Positions 1-12,130 of a DNA stretch of 64,000 nucleotides are shown here, piece after piece. The translations under genes and the position numbers were made by a program. Origin of the DNA: Squalus acanthias (lineage: Eukaryota); the NCBI GenBank assembly GCA_030390025.1, contig CM059432.1:102178001-102242000 (forward strand). The letters are read 5' to 3'. Below the pieces are notes generated by a model. It did not search any database, was not told the origin of the DNA, and saw nothing but the letters and a program-made list of their open reading frames with translations. Positions within the stretch are counted from its first letter, which is position 1; every line of letters starts with the position of its first letter.

Positions 1-281
1 CTTTCCAGTGTGTGGTACAAATAGAAGACAGGATAAGAAGATGTGGGATACAATCTTTATCGCACTTGTGGCACTTGCCGTAGAATTTGTGTCACTTTGT
101 CACTCAAAATGATCATGTCAGTTCACTTGCAAGATATCCGAGGTATCCTACCACTCCTGGCTATGTGGCATCCATATCTCAAATAGTATTTCAAATTCCA
201 ATGTAATAGACATCAAGAACAGCTTTTAAGAATTGATTTGTTCTCCATGGGTATTCTCAAATGTGCAACTGGAATCTGTGA

Positions 282-598
282 GGCAACACGGTGGCATAGT
301 GGTTAGCACTGTTGCCTCACAGCGCCAGGGACCCGGGTTCGAATCCGGCCTTGGGTGACTGTCTGTGTGGAGTTTGCACATTCTCCCCGTGTCTGCGTGG
401 GTTTCCTCCGGGTGCTCCGGTTTCCTCCCACAGTCCAAAGATGTGCGGGTTAGGTTGATTTGGCTATGATAAATTGACCCTTAGTGTTAGGGGGATTAAA
501 TACGTGGGATTACGGGGATAGGGTGGGATATGTGTCGGTGCAGGCTCGATGGGCCGAAATGGCCTCTATCTGCATTGTGGGATTCTGTGATTCTGTGA
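282..598 (+). mobile_element. tRNA-derived SINE, V-SINE/HE1-like, full length
   Basis: Pol III A box (TGGCATAGTGG) and B box (GGTTCGAATCC); V-domain-like core (GTGTGGAGTTTGCACATTCTCCCCGTGTCTGCGTGGGTTTCCTCCGGGTGCTCCGGTTTCCTCCCACAGTCCAAAGA); CR1-like tail GATTCTGTGATTCTGTGA. Confidence 0.9.
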
Positions 599-1067
599 AT
601 CATTGTCCTTTGTCAACAAGAACCAAAGCATTTTCAAACTCACACGGTTAAGTAAACTCCATCATAGTACGCAAGAAGTTTTAGACGATACTGGATCTTT
701 ATTTCAGTTCATTCATTAGAAGCTGTTCTTGTTGCTTAGGGAGAAATTTTCGATATAAATGTAGGAGGAGATTTTCCTTGAGTCTGTGCACAGGTGCACT
801 GGATGACGTGGGCACAGGAAATATTGTAAAATCAAGCAGTTGTGTGCACCTTGCTTGAATAGATGTGCAATAGTTTGAAGGTATTTTGAAAATTATACAA
901 TGGAAAATCTACATTTGATGTGAACTCTTATTAAAGAAGCTTTATTCTACTGTATGCTTATAAGTAAATATTATTTTTAAATACTATTTCCCTAATATTA
1001 CGTATAACCTACTGAAGAGGTGAATCCCTACTATAAGGTTAAGTTTTGAATAAAAATTAAACTCAAA

Positions 1068-1400
1068 TATCTGATCTCAGCCAGAGCAGCTGTAGGCTCC
1101 TGCAATTTGTCTTCAGTGCAGTTTGGTTAAGGAAAGAAAAATAATTGACCAGGGCTCCATCTCCTAATCACTAAACGGCAATCCTGTTCAAAGTACTTGT
1201 GGAAAGGATCAGCCAGGATACCTTTAATGGTCAAAAAGCCTGCTGATACTCAACATCTAGCCTTGCCTATGAATAATGGCCACTTGGATGAGGTACCAGA
1301 GGTGCCCGTTACCCACTGAATTGTATCCCAGCACAGCCTCATGACACACATTAAAGAGTTAATGGAGAAAGAAAGGAGGAAGAAGGGAAAAATTAGTGGA
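1068..1400 (+). mobile_element. Old SINE, AmnSINE2-like (diverged)
   Basis: CTGATCTCAGCCAG...CCAGGGCTCC..CTCCTAATCACTA...TGAATAATGGCCACTTGGATGAGGTACC resembles recalled AmnSINE2 consensus; related pieces at 7050-7160 and 40055-40260. Confidence 0.55.
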
Positions 1401-1494
1401 AAAAGGAGGACAAAATAGAATTGACTGAACCTGTACGTCTCAGTTAATAGTTTTTATATTTTATGTTTTCATGCACAGGACAGTTTCCTGTATA

Positions 1495-1610
1495 GTTTCT
1501 CCTTATGTGGCTCGGCATCAATTTTTTTGTCTTCTAATACTCCTGTGAAGTGCCTTGGGAAATTTTACTATGTTAAAGGTGCTATATAAATACAAGTTGT
1601 TGTTGTTGTA
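1495..1610 (+). mobile_element. L2-type LINE 3' end
   Basis: GTGAAGTGCCTTGGG...TATGTTAAAGGTGCTATATAAATACAAGTTGTTGTTG tail, shared with 17450-17742. Confidence 0.7.
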
Positions 1611-2744
1611 TAGAGATTTTTAAAATTGTATAATAAAGTCCATTATGCCATTGTGTACAAGGTGTAAAATTCTTCTCAAGTTATTATATGAACAGCTCAA
1701 TCTGTGGCTATGATATTCAGTTGGCTCAGTTGCTTTTATGCGTTGGCAAATGTTATTGTTTAACTGCACAGAGCTTTGACCCACCATGACAGCAAAAAGG
1801 ATTGCCTGTTAAACAATAGCACAGATATAATAATCATTTTGTGATCAAATCATCATGATCTGTAAATACTGATTGCTCATATAATAGACTGTGACCTACT
1901 TCCATTAATGGAATTCAGGCTCTTTGTTCAGTTTTCCTACAAGCGAATCTTGCTGATTTTTGAAATAAAAACAAAATAAAATCAGCATTACAAAATTGTT
2001 GTAATTTTTAGAAACAGTAGTTTTAGTCCGAATTACAAAGAAAATAGTAATATTTTTAGTTTTCCAACCTACTGCTATTTGCCACATCTGCGTATAAGAT
2101 TGCTCACAAAATATTTAAATTCTCAAAGGGTTAGTCATCAATAAAATGTAGTTGACTGTTTTCTAAAGTCGAGCATTTCGAGGTCTATGTGGATCCATGA
2201 GTAATGCCTGAAAATAAGACTAATTACAAAGTAAAAAGGGTCAATTACGTCAAATATCCTTTAGCAGACAGGATAGAGCTCCTATCAGTCCTGAAACTAT
2301 TACTCTTTGCTTAATGGAAAAATGAATTAACTGATCGACTTTAATAAATTATATAACTTGCAACAGGCAATTCCACTGGGAGATTTCACATGGCATTGCT
2401 CACAGAGAGTCTGAGGTCTTATTAGAATGCCAGTGTTATGCCAAGTAGTATTACTTGCAATCTGGGAAGGTGACCTAGGATCTGGTAGTACTGTGACAGG
2501 GTCTCAGGGCCTGAGAGCACTGGGAAGGGGGTCTCTGTGTTTTCAGGTACACTCAAAAGGGATATTCTGGGAAAGCTAGGGCAAGTCCTGGAATCTGTAA
2601 TCATGGGTACGGGGGTGTAAGGATCTGGGAGCATTGGCGAGAGAGGCCTCAGAGTCTGGGAGCACTGGAGCATTCTAGGATCAGGGAGCATTTGGAATTT
2701 TGTGCTCATTGAGAGGATCCCAAATTCTCAGAGGGTTGGGGGAA

Positions 2745-4270
2745 TAGAACTTGGGAAAATAAAATGGACAACAATATTGGCAAACAATGATGTAGAACAA
2801 CCATGGGAAACATTTAAAACGGGGTTCAACAGAGTCCAAGAAAAATATATTCTGCTAAAAAACAAGAATAAGCTAAACACTAATGAGACACCAAAGGATG
2901 AATAAAGACATAAGGGAAACATTGAGGGTAAGAAAGAGGCATACACTAAATAAATGGACAGCAGGGGAGCATGACAAGGGAGAATACGATGAGATTAGGA
3001 GAGAAGTAAAAAAAACAATTAGGATAGCAAAGAGAACTATGAAATTAAATTATCAAGGAACATAAAACAAAATAGTAAAATATTCTACAGGCACATAAAT
3101 AAAAAAGGAAAGTCAGGGATGGGAATAGGGCCACTAAGGGATGGTCAGGATAAAATCACAGGCAGCGATAGCGAAATGACAGAAATATTAAATAATTACT
3201 TTGCTTCAGTATTTACCAGGAAACAGATCAGGTGGACATGACATCGGAAGATGAGATTAGAAATTATATAATCACATTTAAAATAAAAAGGGGAAAAATA
3301 TTAAATAAATTAATCAAACTCAAAGACGATAAAACCGCTGGTCCGGATGGATTACATCCGCACATTTTAAAAGAATCTAGGGAAGAGGTTGCAGAGGCAC
3401 TATTACACATTTTTAATAATTCATTAGATAAAGGTGTATTGCCAGAGGACTGGTGGATAGCTAACGTAATACATATATTTAAGAAGGGAGATAGAACATG
3501 CCCAGGGAACTATGGACCAGTCAGCTTAACGTCGGTGGTAGGAAAAATTGTGGAATACCTCCTAAAAGAAAAAAATAGAAGAACATCTAGAAACCAAAAA
3601 TATAATAATGAATAGTCAGCATGGATTTCAAAAGGGAAAGTCTTGCTTGACCAACCACATTGAATTCTTTGAAGAGGTAACAAAGAGAGTAGACCAGAGA
3701 ATGCAGTAGATGTAATTTATTTAGATTTCCAAAGGCCTTCGATAAGGTACCACATAATAGACTAATGAGTAAGGTCAGAGAATCCAGAGTCAGGTGACAA
3801 GTAGCAGAATGGATAGCAAGCTGGCTTCAAGACAGAAAGCAGAGAGTAGGGGTAAAGAGTAGCTATTCAGAGTGGCGGAAGGTAGAAAATGGGGTCCCAC
3901 AAGGATCATTGCTGGGACCACTGTTGTTCACAATTTATATTAATGATTTAGACTTTGGAATCGAAAACACAATCTCTAAATTTGTGGATGACACCAAATT
4001 GGGGGATTGTCAATCGTGAGGAGGACCACAACAAGAAAACATTAGAGACTGGTGAGAATGTGGAACTCGCTACCACAGGGAGTGGTTGAAGCGAATAGTA
4101 TAGATGCATTTAAGGGGAGGCTAGATAAGCATATGAGGGAGAAGGGAATAGAGGATTATGCTGATAGAGTTAGATGAGGAAAGACAGGAGGAGGCTCAAG
4201 TGGAGCATAAACGCCGGCATGGACTGGTTAGGCCAAATGGCCTGTTTCTGTGCTGTATATCCTGTGTAAT
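2745..4270 (+). mobile_element. CR1 LINE ORF2 fragment, frameshifted and internally deleted
   Basis: ORF 3232-3615 (KTAGPDGLHP..LPEDWWIANV..FKKG..NYGPVSLTSVVGK); downstream [26 protein letters not shown]; jumps near 4040 to the 3' end (MWNSLP) and UTR. Confidence 0.92.
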
Positions 4271-4489
4271 ATCTAGGAGTGGGATACTGGAGTTCAGCAG
4301 GCCTGGTGAGGTGGTTTCTGAACATTGAGGATTAGAGTCTGGCAGTATGAGGGTTTACTGGGATTTAGCATTATTGAGGGATACAGGGTCTAGTAGACTT
4401 GTGGGGTGGTGGGCAAGGATGATCGGACCCAAACTATCTTCCTAACTTTTGAACCATCTGATTCCAACCACCCCCCACCCCCACATCAT

Positions 4490-6178
4490 GGGCTAATTTT
4501 GCCGGCGCTCAGAGTGCGGGTTTGGAGGCGGGTCCGCTGTGAAAATCGAAATGATTGACAGCGGGATGGGAACCCGCTCCGAACCCGCCTCCATGTAAGT
4601 TTCCAAAGTGTCAGGTCTGCGATTTCAGAACAGACCCGACACCAAGCAGCGGGGTGGGCAGTTAAGATAGTTAAATGCTTGTTAACTATTATTTTGCCAG
4701 CCTATTTCTATTTTACAACTTTTTTTACGAGGTTCCCATCACTCGGGGATCACATCAGGTAATGTGTCGGGTTCTCTGTCTCCCCAATGCTGTGAATAGG
4801 TGACAGCTGCAAAAGTGGTATGAGAGCTACCATTTCATGGCTGGTCACTTTCCAATGTCAGAAGCTTGAGCTTTCAGGACTTGGAAGACACTTTTGAGCT
4901 GTATGCATGTTTGGAGTAAACTCTCTATCCACTGTCACCTCCGTGGAGCAAGCTCTCTCACCATTGACAGATCGCTTCTGTCATCTCAACTTCAGCTGCC
5001 ATCTATTCCAGCAGCATTGGTGCCCTTGAAAAAATCTCACCTTGGTCCTCTGAATCCCTCCAGGATCAGCCCCAACACCAACATCACCAACAACAAAACC
5101 AACAACAACACCAACAACACCACCAACAACAGCATCAACAACAACACCAACCTTCTCTGCCATCACCTGATGCTGCACAGGACACAGGGCATCAACACCC
5201 GACAACATTGTTGCCCGGGAGGCCAGCGATGGCATCACCATGGCCAGATTTACTTCACTTGATGCTGTATACCCTGGCTGCCACATGATGTGCCAGGTTA
5301 ACACTATCCCACACCAGCACCATAAAACATCCCTATAATGTCCAAGCCATTCCTTTCACACTCATCACAATTAGGCAGGGGGGGGGGGCGGTGAGTTATG
5401 TCTCAACATTTACTGGAACTCACTAAGACACTTCCAAAGGTGAGCACAGATCTGCCCAATAAGGTAAAGTCTTGAAACTATAGATATCAATGTTTGACAA
5501 CACATTACAAGAAACTTCACATGAACATTGGCTAAACCACTCAAGTGCCTACCCTTGTGTGCTGTTAGTTGGTATGCTTGCAGTAGGATGAGGGTGAGTG
5601 TGAGGGGTGGCTAGTGAGATGGGGATGTGATAATGTAGATAGAGAGGGATGGGTGGAGGTGCAAGGTAAGTTGGTGTGAGTAAAGATGTGCAGGAGTAGG
5701 GTAGGGAAGGCAGAGAGTTGTGGATGTGATGAGTGGCACAGCAGGATGAGGTTGAGTGTGGCTTTGCAGTAACATTTCATAATCTGCTCAGATCATTGAA
5801 AGACTTGCGCCACTGCAGCCTGGTCCTCCTGACGACATCTCTGCTTGTGCCCTCCTGTGCAAAGTGCAACCAGGCTGCATTGGTGTCTTGAGTGTTTGTA
5901 GCACCTCAATGCTGTCGAACACTGACAGCAGAACTGTCAAAATGAATGTGGACATGTCCCCTTTAAGGAAACTGGCTAATGACACGTCATCAAATGATGT
6001 CATCAGACCCGCTTCCTTTTAATTGTCCGGGAAATGCGCAGGACAGGCTTAACAAGCCCAATCACTTGTAAAAATGTAAAATCACTTGGAGAGAGCGGTC
6101 TGGAGCCGAGAGCGGGACTGGGACCCGCCACCCACCTCTCCCGCCGCGATCCCGCCTCCGCTGGCGAAATCACGGCCC
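4490..6178 (-). mobile_element. Non-autonomous PIF/Harbinger deletion derivative, copy A
   Basis: Ends GGGCTAATTTTGCCGGCG / CGCTGGCGAAATCACGGCCC, CATG at both junctions; minus-strand Myb/SANT remnant (DTNAAWLHFAQEGTSRDVVRRTRLQWRKSFNDL, ~5790-5890); colinear reverse-complement copy at 32713-34438. Confidence 0.85.
5070..5152 (+). repeat. Imperfect (AAC/ACC)n microsatellite inside the Harbinger derivative
   Basis: ccaacaccaacatcaccaacaacaaaaccaacaacaacacc...; shorter in copy B (33790-33830). Confidence 0.85.
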
Positions 6179-6451
6179 ATGTGTTCCTGCCTGACAGACT
6201 CCTCCCTTACCCAACTGCTGCTGCTTTTGTGTCTTCAGATACTAACCCACCTGAACCACTGCTCTCCACATTGTCAGCTGGTTCCTATCTAGTAAAACAT
6301 TTAATTCTAAAGTTTCATAAAATTAATGGATGGAAAATCATAGGCCACAGGAGCACAATTTTGCAATACATGCTCCAGACATGTGCCAGAACCACAGAAG
6401 TGGAAAATCTACCCTTTCGTGCACCAACTGATAAAGTTTTTAATGAACTTC

Positions 6452-6765
6452 CGGCAAAATTCGGGTGCTTTGCACTTCCCGTTAGTGCCCCGGCTGTAAA
6501 CGTGGGTCGCGCCCCCTGACGTACCGCCGGATGCTATGTCCGACAGGGTCAGAGGGGCGTACTTGCGGCCGGGTGGCGATATTTAAAGGGGAGCTGCCGG
6601 GTGGCCTTTTTTTTTGTGGGCCGCCTGCCAGCACCTGGCCCCTTTGACACGATCCGTCAGCCCAGCGCTCCTCTTGAGTTCCAGGCTCTTTTGCCGGCTC
6701 CCCGCTCCCTGGTGGCCCAGCAGGGCCCCGGTTTGTGCTGCGCAAGGCCCCTCCCCTTTAATAAT
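6452..6765. mobile_element. GC-rich Harbinger-type MITE fragment (family of 22757-23443)
   Basis: AAAATTCGGGTGCTTTGCACTTCCCGTTAG and ACCGCCGGATGCTATGTCCGACAGGGTCAG match 22757-23050; ends at GGCCCCTCCCCTTTAA. Confidence 0.75.
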
Positions 6766-7049
6766 GGCAGTTAAGGGATACAAAGCTCTTCTATTTTGTT
6801 AGACTGCATTGGAGCTGCTTGAGCAAGAAGTGCAGCAAAAAAAGGGTCGCTCTCTTTGGAACCCCAGGTCAACCTCCCCATAGGAGTTCCAGCCAGTCTG
6901 TTTGGCATGAGGTGGCAGGCTAAGTCAATACTGTGCTGCAAATCTAAAGGACATGGGAACAAATGACAAATGTCTGCCAAGGTGTATTACACTATATCAA
7001 ACTAGAAAATCTGCCTTCATATGCATTGTAAGCATTTTTTATTGCTGAT

Positions 7050-7160
7050 TTTTTCTCCTCTTCTGAAAGCAGTGACTCATGCTGGAGTATAATTCTGGCA
7101 TTCCTCTTACACCTTGCCCTGAGTGACCATTCTTCATGTGTGAGCCTAAATAGTGAGCAA
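7050..7160 (-). mobile_element. AmnSINE2-like 3' fragment
   Basis: Reverse complement reads TAGGCTCACACATGAAGAATGGTCACT...CCAGCATGAGTCACTGCTTTCAGAAGAGGAG. Confidence 0.5.
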
Positions 7161-7836
7161 ATTATGCATGTTACAACGAGCTTCCTTTCAGCTTGGTAAA
7201 ATATGACTGAAGCAGCATCCTAAACTCTCAGAAAACAGCTCTTTCCAAACTTCCTGTCCTTGTCGATACTGCAGCAACTTTAATACCACTACTTCAAACT
7301 GGGATGGTTATTTTATTCTCATTCGAAAATGTGAGCTCACAACGCAACCATACAACACAACCGAGTTGATTCACTTCTGATTGTGAACCAAATGAATCCA
7401 TATATTCATTTACCCACACACAAGTTGGAATATTTGCCTCTCATTCCTGATGTACACTTCAAACTTCCAATATTGCATTTCTGCTTCCATGATTCACCAG
7501 TGTATAACAAGCGGCGTACTCGAAAGGGAGGAGGGACCTATCAGTCAGTTTGCATAGGCTATGTTCAATATTCTGGGGCTCACGAATGAAGCTGCGTGAA
7601 GCTGCAGATCTTATCAAAGTTCATAACTAGTACCATTCTTTTCCTGTTATTCTTCTTTCATTCCTTTATTTTCAGCTTTCAGCATGTCCTCACGACATAC
7701 ATTATCAGCTACATATGCTCCATTTTAGGAATGTCTTGTGACCCCAAGGAACATTTGAAGTCCCAATTGCGCTCAAAAAGCTAGCACCTCACAGAACTAA
7801 GCTTCAGTCGCTTCTTCTGTACCGAGCACCACAATA

Positions 7837-7993
7837 GGGGATTGAATTTCCGCGGGGTTTTCCTGATCGCCCACTATAACTTTGGGGGTAGATCCGCGGA
7901 ATCTCCACAGAAATAGCATAAACTGAGAGTTCTGCAGATCTTCTACCGAAGTTATGGCAGACAATTGAGTGAACTCCCAGGTATGTACACCCC
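7837..7993. mobile_element. Short fold-back MITE
   Basis: GGGG...CCCC ends; internal arms ATAACTTTGGGGGTAGATCCGCGGAA / TTCTGCAGATCTTCTACCGAAGTTAT. Confidence 0.5.
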
Positions 7994-8329
7994 AGGGGAT
8001 TTAGATAATCAGTTTAAGGAGGATCACCAAATGAGGTGCAGAGCATGAATGAGCGGGAGCAGGTGGTGGTGATGGTGGCAGCAGAGGAAGACCAGGAACC
8101 CGATACTCAAAGGGCCAACTCACATCCTTCCTCAGCTGCAGTGCCCAGGGATTCAGGCCTCACAGGGCTTGTATTTATAAGGAGAATGCTATCTGAGTAG
8201 TTCTTGCTGTCATTGGAGAATATGTTAAAAACACCACATGATCTGGTGGCAACTATGTAGGAGTCCACTATCCACTTATTTACAGTTGTACAGTTCAACA
8301 TAGAGTGCATTACAACTTCAAGGCCACTT

Positions 8330-8625
8330 GCAACAGACTCCTGAGTGAAAAAGTTCCCTCCACCTTAAAGGCGCATTCGCCAACCCTTATTTTCTCGAAC
8401 GACCATTTCATTTCCAACCTTCACTTTCTCCACATGTCATTGCAAACTAAGTACACACTCTACTCTTCCCATTACTGCTTGCTCAAGTCTTGCCAATCTG
8501 CTTTCTATTCCACCCATACTGAGACTGTTTTGGTAACAATTATCAATGACATTCTGGATGATGAGATTGTGGGAGGCTGTTCCCCATGATACTTCTGCTA
8601 CCTTTGACACAGTTAACACTCTATC
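8330..8625 (+). mobile_element. Decayed L2 reverse-transcriptase fragment
   Basis: ORF 8305-8589 contains ISNLHFL...QSAFYSTHTETVLVTIINDIL, matching the L2 motif ISNLPFL..QSGFR..HSTETAL.KV.NDIL. Confidence 0.75.
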
Positions 8626-8767
8626 ATGCCTGGTAGTGCATGACATGCATTTCTGGGTAGCAGATGACAGAAACCTCTGCTTAAAACAATCAAAAGATTC
8701 ATTTTAATAACTAAATGATGCAGGAGCACTGTGTCTTTCCTCCCAGAACACCATGTTTATAAAGAAT

Positions 8768-10903
8768 TGCATAGAATTTATAGCATAGAAACAGGCCATT
8801 CTGCCCAACTCGTCTATGTCAGTGTTTATGCTCCACATGACTATCCTCCCGCCTTACTTTATTTAACCCTATCTGCATATCCTTATATTCCTTTCTCCTT
8901 CATGTACTTATCTAGCTTCACCTTAAAGGCATCTATGCTATTCGCCCCAACTACTCCTTTTGGCAGCAAGTTCTACATTCTAACCACTCTCTGGGTAAAG
9001 AAGTTTCTCCTGAATTCCTTATTGGCTTTATTAATGACTACCTTATATTTATGGCCCCTAGTTTTGGACACCTCTGCAAGTGAAAACATCTTCTCTACGT
9101 CTACCCTATCAAACCGTTTCATAATTTTAAAGACTTCTATCAGCTCACCCCTCAATCTTTTCTTTTCTTAAGAAAAGAGCCCCAGCCTGTTCATTCTTTC
9201 CTGATAGTTCTATCCTCTCAATTCTGGTATCATCCATGCAAATCTTTTTTGCACCTTCTCCAGTGCCTCTATATCTTTTTTGTAATATGGAGACCAGAAC
9301 TGTGCACAGTACTCCAAGTGTGGTCTAACCAAGCATCTATACAAGCTTCACAATAGTTCCCTGCTTTATAATTCTATTTTAGAAATGAACCCTAGTGCTT
9401 CGTTTGCATTTTTTATGGGCTTACTAACTTGGTTGCTACTTCTAATGATTTGTGGATGTGTAACCCATGATCCCTTTGCTCCTCTACCCCATTTCGGGGG
9501 GAAAATTGGCTTGTGCCCCCTTTGGGGCGCTAGCTTCGCTGGGGCGCTACTCCCAAAAAAGTTAGCGCCCCCGTGCCCAAAATTGAATGGTCGTGCCCCA
9601 AGCAGGAGCAGGGGCGCTACTGGAAGTGCTCCCCCTCCTCTTGGGGCGCTCTCATTGAATATCGTGGCGCTACATGCAGCAGCGCCATGTGCGTCGGCAT
9701 GTAGTGCCACGGTACTGCAGGCCTCCCTCCCCTGATTAAAGGGGAGGAGCCTAGCACAGTGCACACCAGGGCCCAGCTGGACCACCGGGGAGCGGGGTGC
9801 CAGCAAAAGAGCCCGGCACTTTAAAGGAGTGCCGGGCTGAGCGATCGCGTCGGCACCCCGCAGGAGGAGGCGAGAGGGGGCAGATTCTGGCAGGTGGCCC
9901 AAAAGAAAAGGCTGCCCGGCACCTGCCGTTTAATTTGCGCCGCCCCGGCCGCAAAAACGCCACCCTGACCCTGTCAGACATTGTGTCTGGTGGTAGGTCA
10001 GGGGGCATGAGCCAAGCTTGTGGCCGGGGCACTGCGCACGGCGATGATGTCATTGCTGGAGGCGCAGCGCCACGGGGCGCTATCGGCTACCGCCGCCGCT
10101 AACCTCCCGCTGAATTTTGCAGGAGGCATTAGCGGCGCCACGCCCAGGCGCTAGCTGCTTTGCACCCGGGAGGCACAAAGCAACCAAATTTTTCCCCCTT
10201 ACTTTCCAAGGAATATGTGGCCTCCTTATTCCTCCTACCAAAATGCACCACCTCACACTTGTCTATATTCAAATTCATTTGCCATTTCCACCCCTATTCT
10301 GCAAGTTTATTAATGTCTCTTGAATTTTGACACAGTCTTCCTCAGTATTAACTATACCCCCAATTTGGCGTCATCCACAAATTTTGAAACTGTACTTCTG
10401 GTTCCCGAGTATATGTAAATAGTGAACAACAACGCCAATCCCTGTGGAACACCACTTCCCACCTTCCGCCAGTCTGAGTAACTACCTTTCACCCCTACTA
10501 TCTGTTTTCTATTTTGTAGCTGGTTTGCTATCCATTCTGCTACTTGTCCCTGACTTCATATGCTCTGACCTTCATCATAAGTGTATTATGTAGTACCTTA
10601 TTGAAGGTCTTTTGAAAATCCAAGTATATTACATCTCCTACATTACCCAAGTCTACCTTTTCCGTTACTTCTTCAAAAGAATTCAATCAGGTTAGTCAAG
10701 CATGACTTTCTCTTTTGAAATCCGTGTTGACTATTCTATATTATATTTTCAGTTTCTAGATATTTTTCTATTACATCTTTGAGTAAAGATTGCATTATCT
10801 TTCCTACCAACAAAATTGAGCTAACTGGTCTACAGTCCCCTGGACTTGTTCAATCTCCCTTTTTAAATATAGGAATAACATCAGCTGTCCTCCAGTCCTC
10901 TGG
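8768..10903 (-). mobile_element. CR1 LINE (3' UTR to RT), split by MITE 9496-10198
   Basis: ORF 8973-9155 (MRGELIEVFKIMKRFDRVD..TRGHKYK..FFTQRVVRM); RT sequence resumes at 10199; tail CATAGAAT at left. Confidence 0.92.
9496..10198. mobile_element. GC-rich Harbinger-type MITE inserted in CR1
   Basis: TIRs GGGGGGAAAATTGG / CCAAATTTTTCCCCC; flanks TTC/TTA; inverted homologue at 22757-23443. Confidence 0.85.
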
Positions 10904-11250
10904 GGGAAGCACTCCTTCTCCTCCTGGCTCATAAGGAATGCTCTAAAATGCACTTACCTTCTGCAGCCGGTTGCTCCCATCTCCATTTTTGCTGCTGGTT
11001 TTCCCAAGCCCAGCCGACAATTGTGAAATTTAAATCAGGTTCCCAACTGCGCTGTGGGAACCTGATTTAAATATTATAATGAAGTGTCCCGCCTTTCCAA
11101 GATGGGGCACAGGCACGCCATGCAAGCCGCCACCATAAAAATGGTGGCAGGTGCGTACACAGTGGGTTGGGGTCACGATTCACATTTTTTAATTTTTAAC
11201 ATCTCGAACCTCTCCCGCATCTGGCGGGGCACGGCTAATATCGACCCCAG
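10903..11250. mobile_element. MITE fragment related to the 38195/49452/57993 families
   Basis: CACTTACCTTCTG, TTTAAATATTATAATGA and terminal AATATCGACCCC motifs resemble those copies. Confidence 0.45.
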
Positions 11251-11929
11251 TTTGTTTGTGAAACAAAAATAAAGCTGCAACCAGATAAAAAAGCTACTGA
11301 CTAGGTTATGAATAGGAGACATCATTACACCAACCACAATATATAAGTGACACCTGTTTACATTTGGAATCAAACCCAGAGCCATGTTGTTTTCTATTTA
11401 TACAATGATAATTTTAGTAATATTGTGGTTTTAAAATGTTTAAAAAAATTGTAGCGAAGTATTTGCTTATTGGTGAGTCACAGAGGAGGAATATGACACT
11501 TTTCCTTGGTGATTATGTAAGTTTGGGCTATTGCAAATTATGGGTGGTTGGTTTGAAATATGGTTAGTGTAGGTTTATCTTTTAAAAAAAATAGTTTTAT
11601 TACCTTTCATAGTTCTAAAAAATATATCGTTATTTTGGGTTCCTAGAATGTGGCGTATAAGACTAATCTAATAAATTGCTAATTTGGCTAACACCCAACA
11701 GGCAGAAATTGCCACCCACCTTTTGTATTTTTGAAGACCCAGGTAAGAGGGCAAACCATTGTATTTACCCACGATTATACTCGTTTTGATTTTAATATCC
11801 AATTTGCTAGCAGCAAAGCTTGTGATCCAGAGATTGCGAGTAAAACTGTGTCAACAAGACTGCTGCCAGACTCTCAAAACTGGATTTAAACAGCATAAAT
11901 ACTGGGAAAAACAGCAGGGATTTCTCTAG

Positions 11930-12130
11930 AACGTCCTGGCTAATATATCTCCTCAATTAATAGCACCAAAACACAGATCAACTGGTCATTCATCTCATCT
12001 GGTTTTGAGAAATGACAAGTGCAGAGAGGCTCTTGCACTTGCCGACATATGTTGCCATGTTTCAAAAAAATAATTGATTCTGTGAAGCATGTTCGATATG
12101 TAATGCACCATATAAATGCAAATGTTATAA
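11930..12130 (+). mobile_element. Degenerate Deu-domain SINE 3' half
   Basis: GTCCTGGCTAATAT...ACAGATCAACTGGTCATT...GTGAAGCAT...CATATAAATGCAA parallels 51045-51064 plus 53198-53400. Confidence 0.55.

Noticed and set aside
282..360. tRNA genes here and at 31420-31497 and 50810-50880
   Set aside because: A/B boxes continue into SINE bodies and tails; these are SINE heads
4894..5304. Asn/Thr-rich and Val/Gly-rich ORFs
   Set aside because: Translation of an (AAC)n-like microsatellite within a transposon derivative
6034..6519. 161-aa ORF
   Set aside because: Crosses a transposon end, unique DNA and another MITE; no recognisable domain
8731..9171. Hydrophobic ORF, also 25802-26233, 26224-26649 and 51850-52338
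   Set aside because: Antisense shadows of CR1 ORF2
9366..10102. Long overlapping GC-rich ORFs or a CpG-island promoter, also 23054-23604 and 35826-36358
   Set aside because: Lie largely within TIR-bounded multicopy MITEs; stop codons are rare in GC-rich DNA
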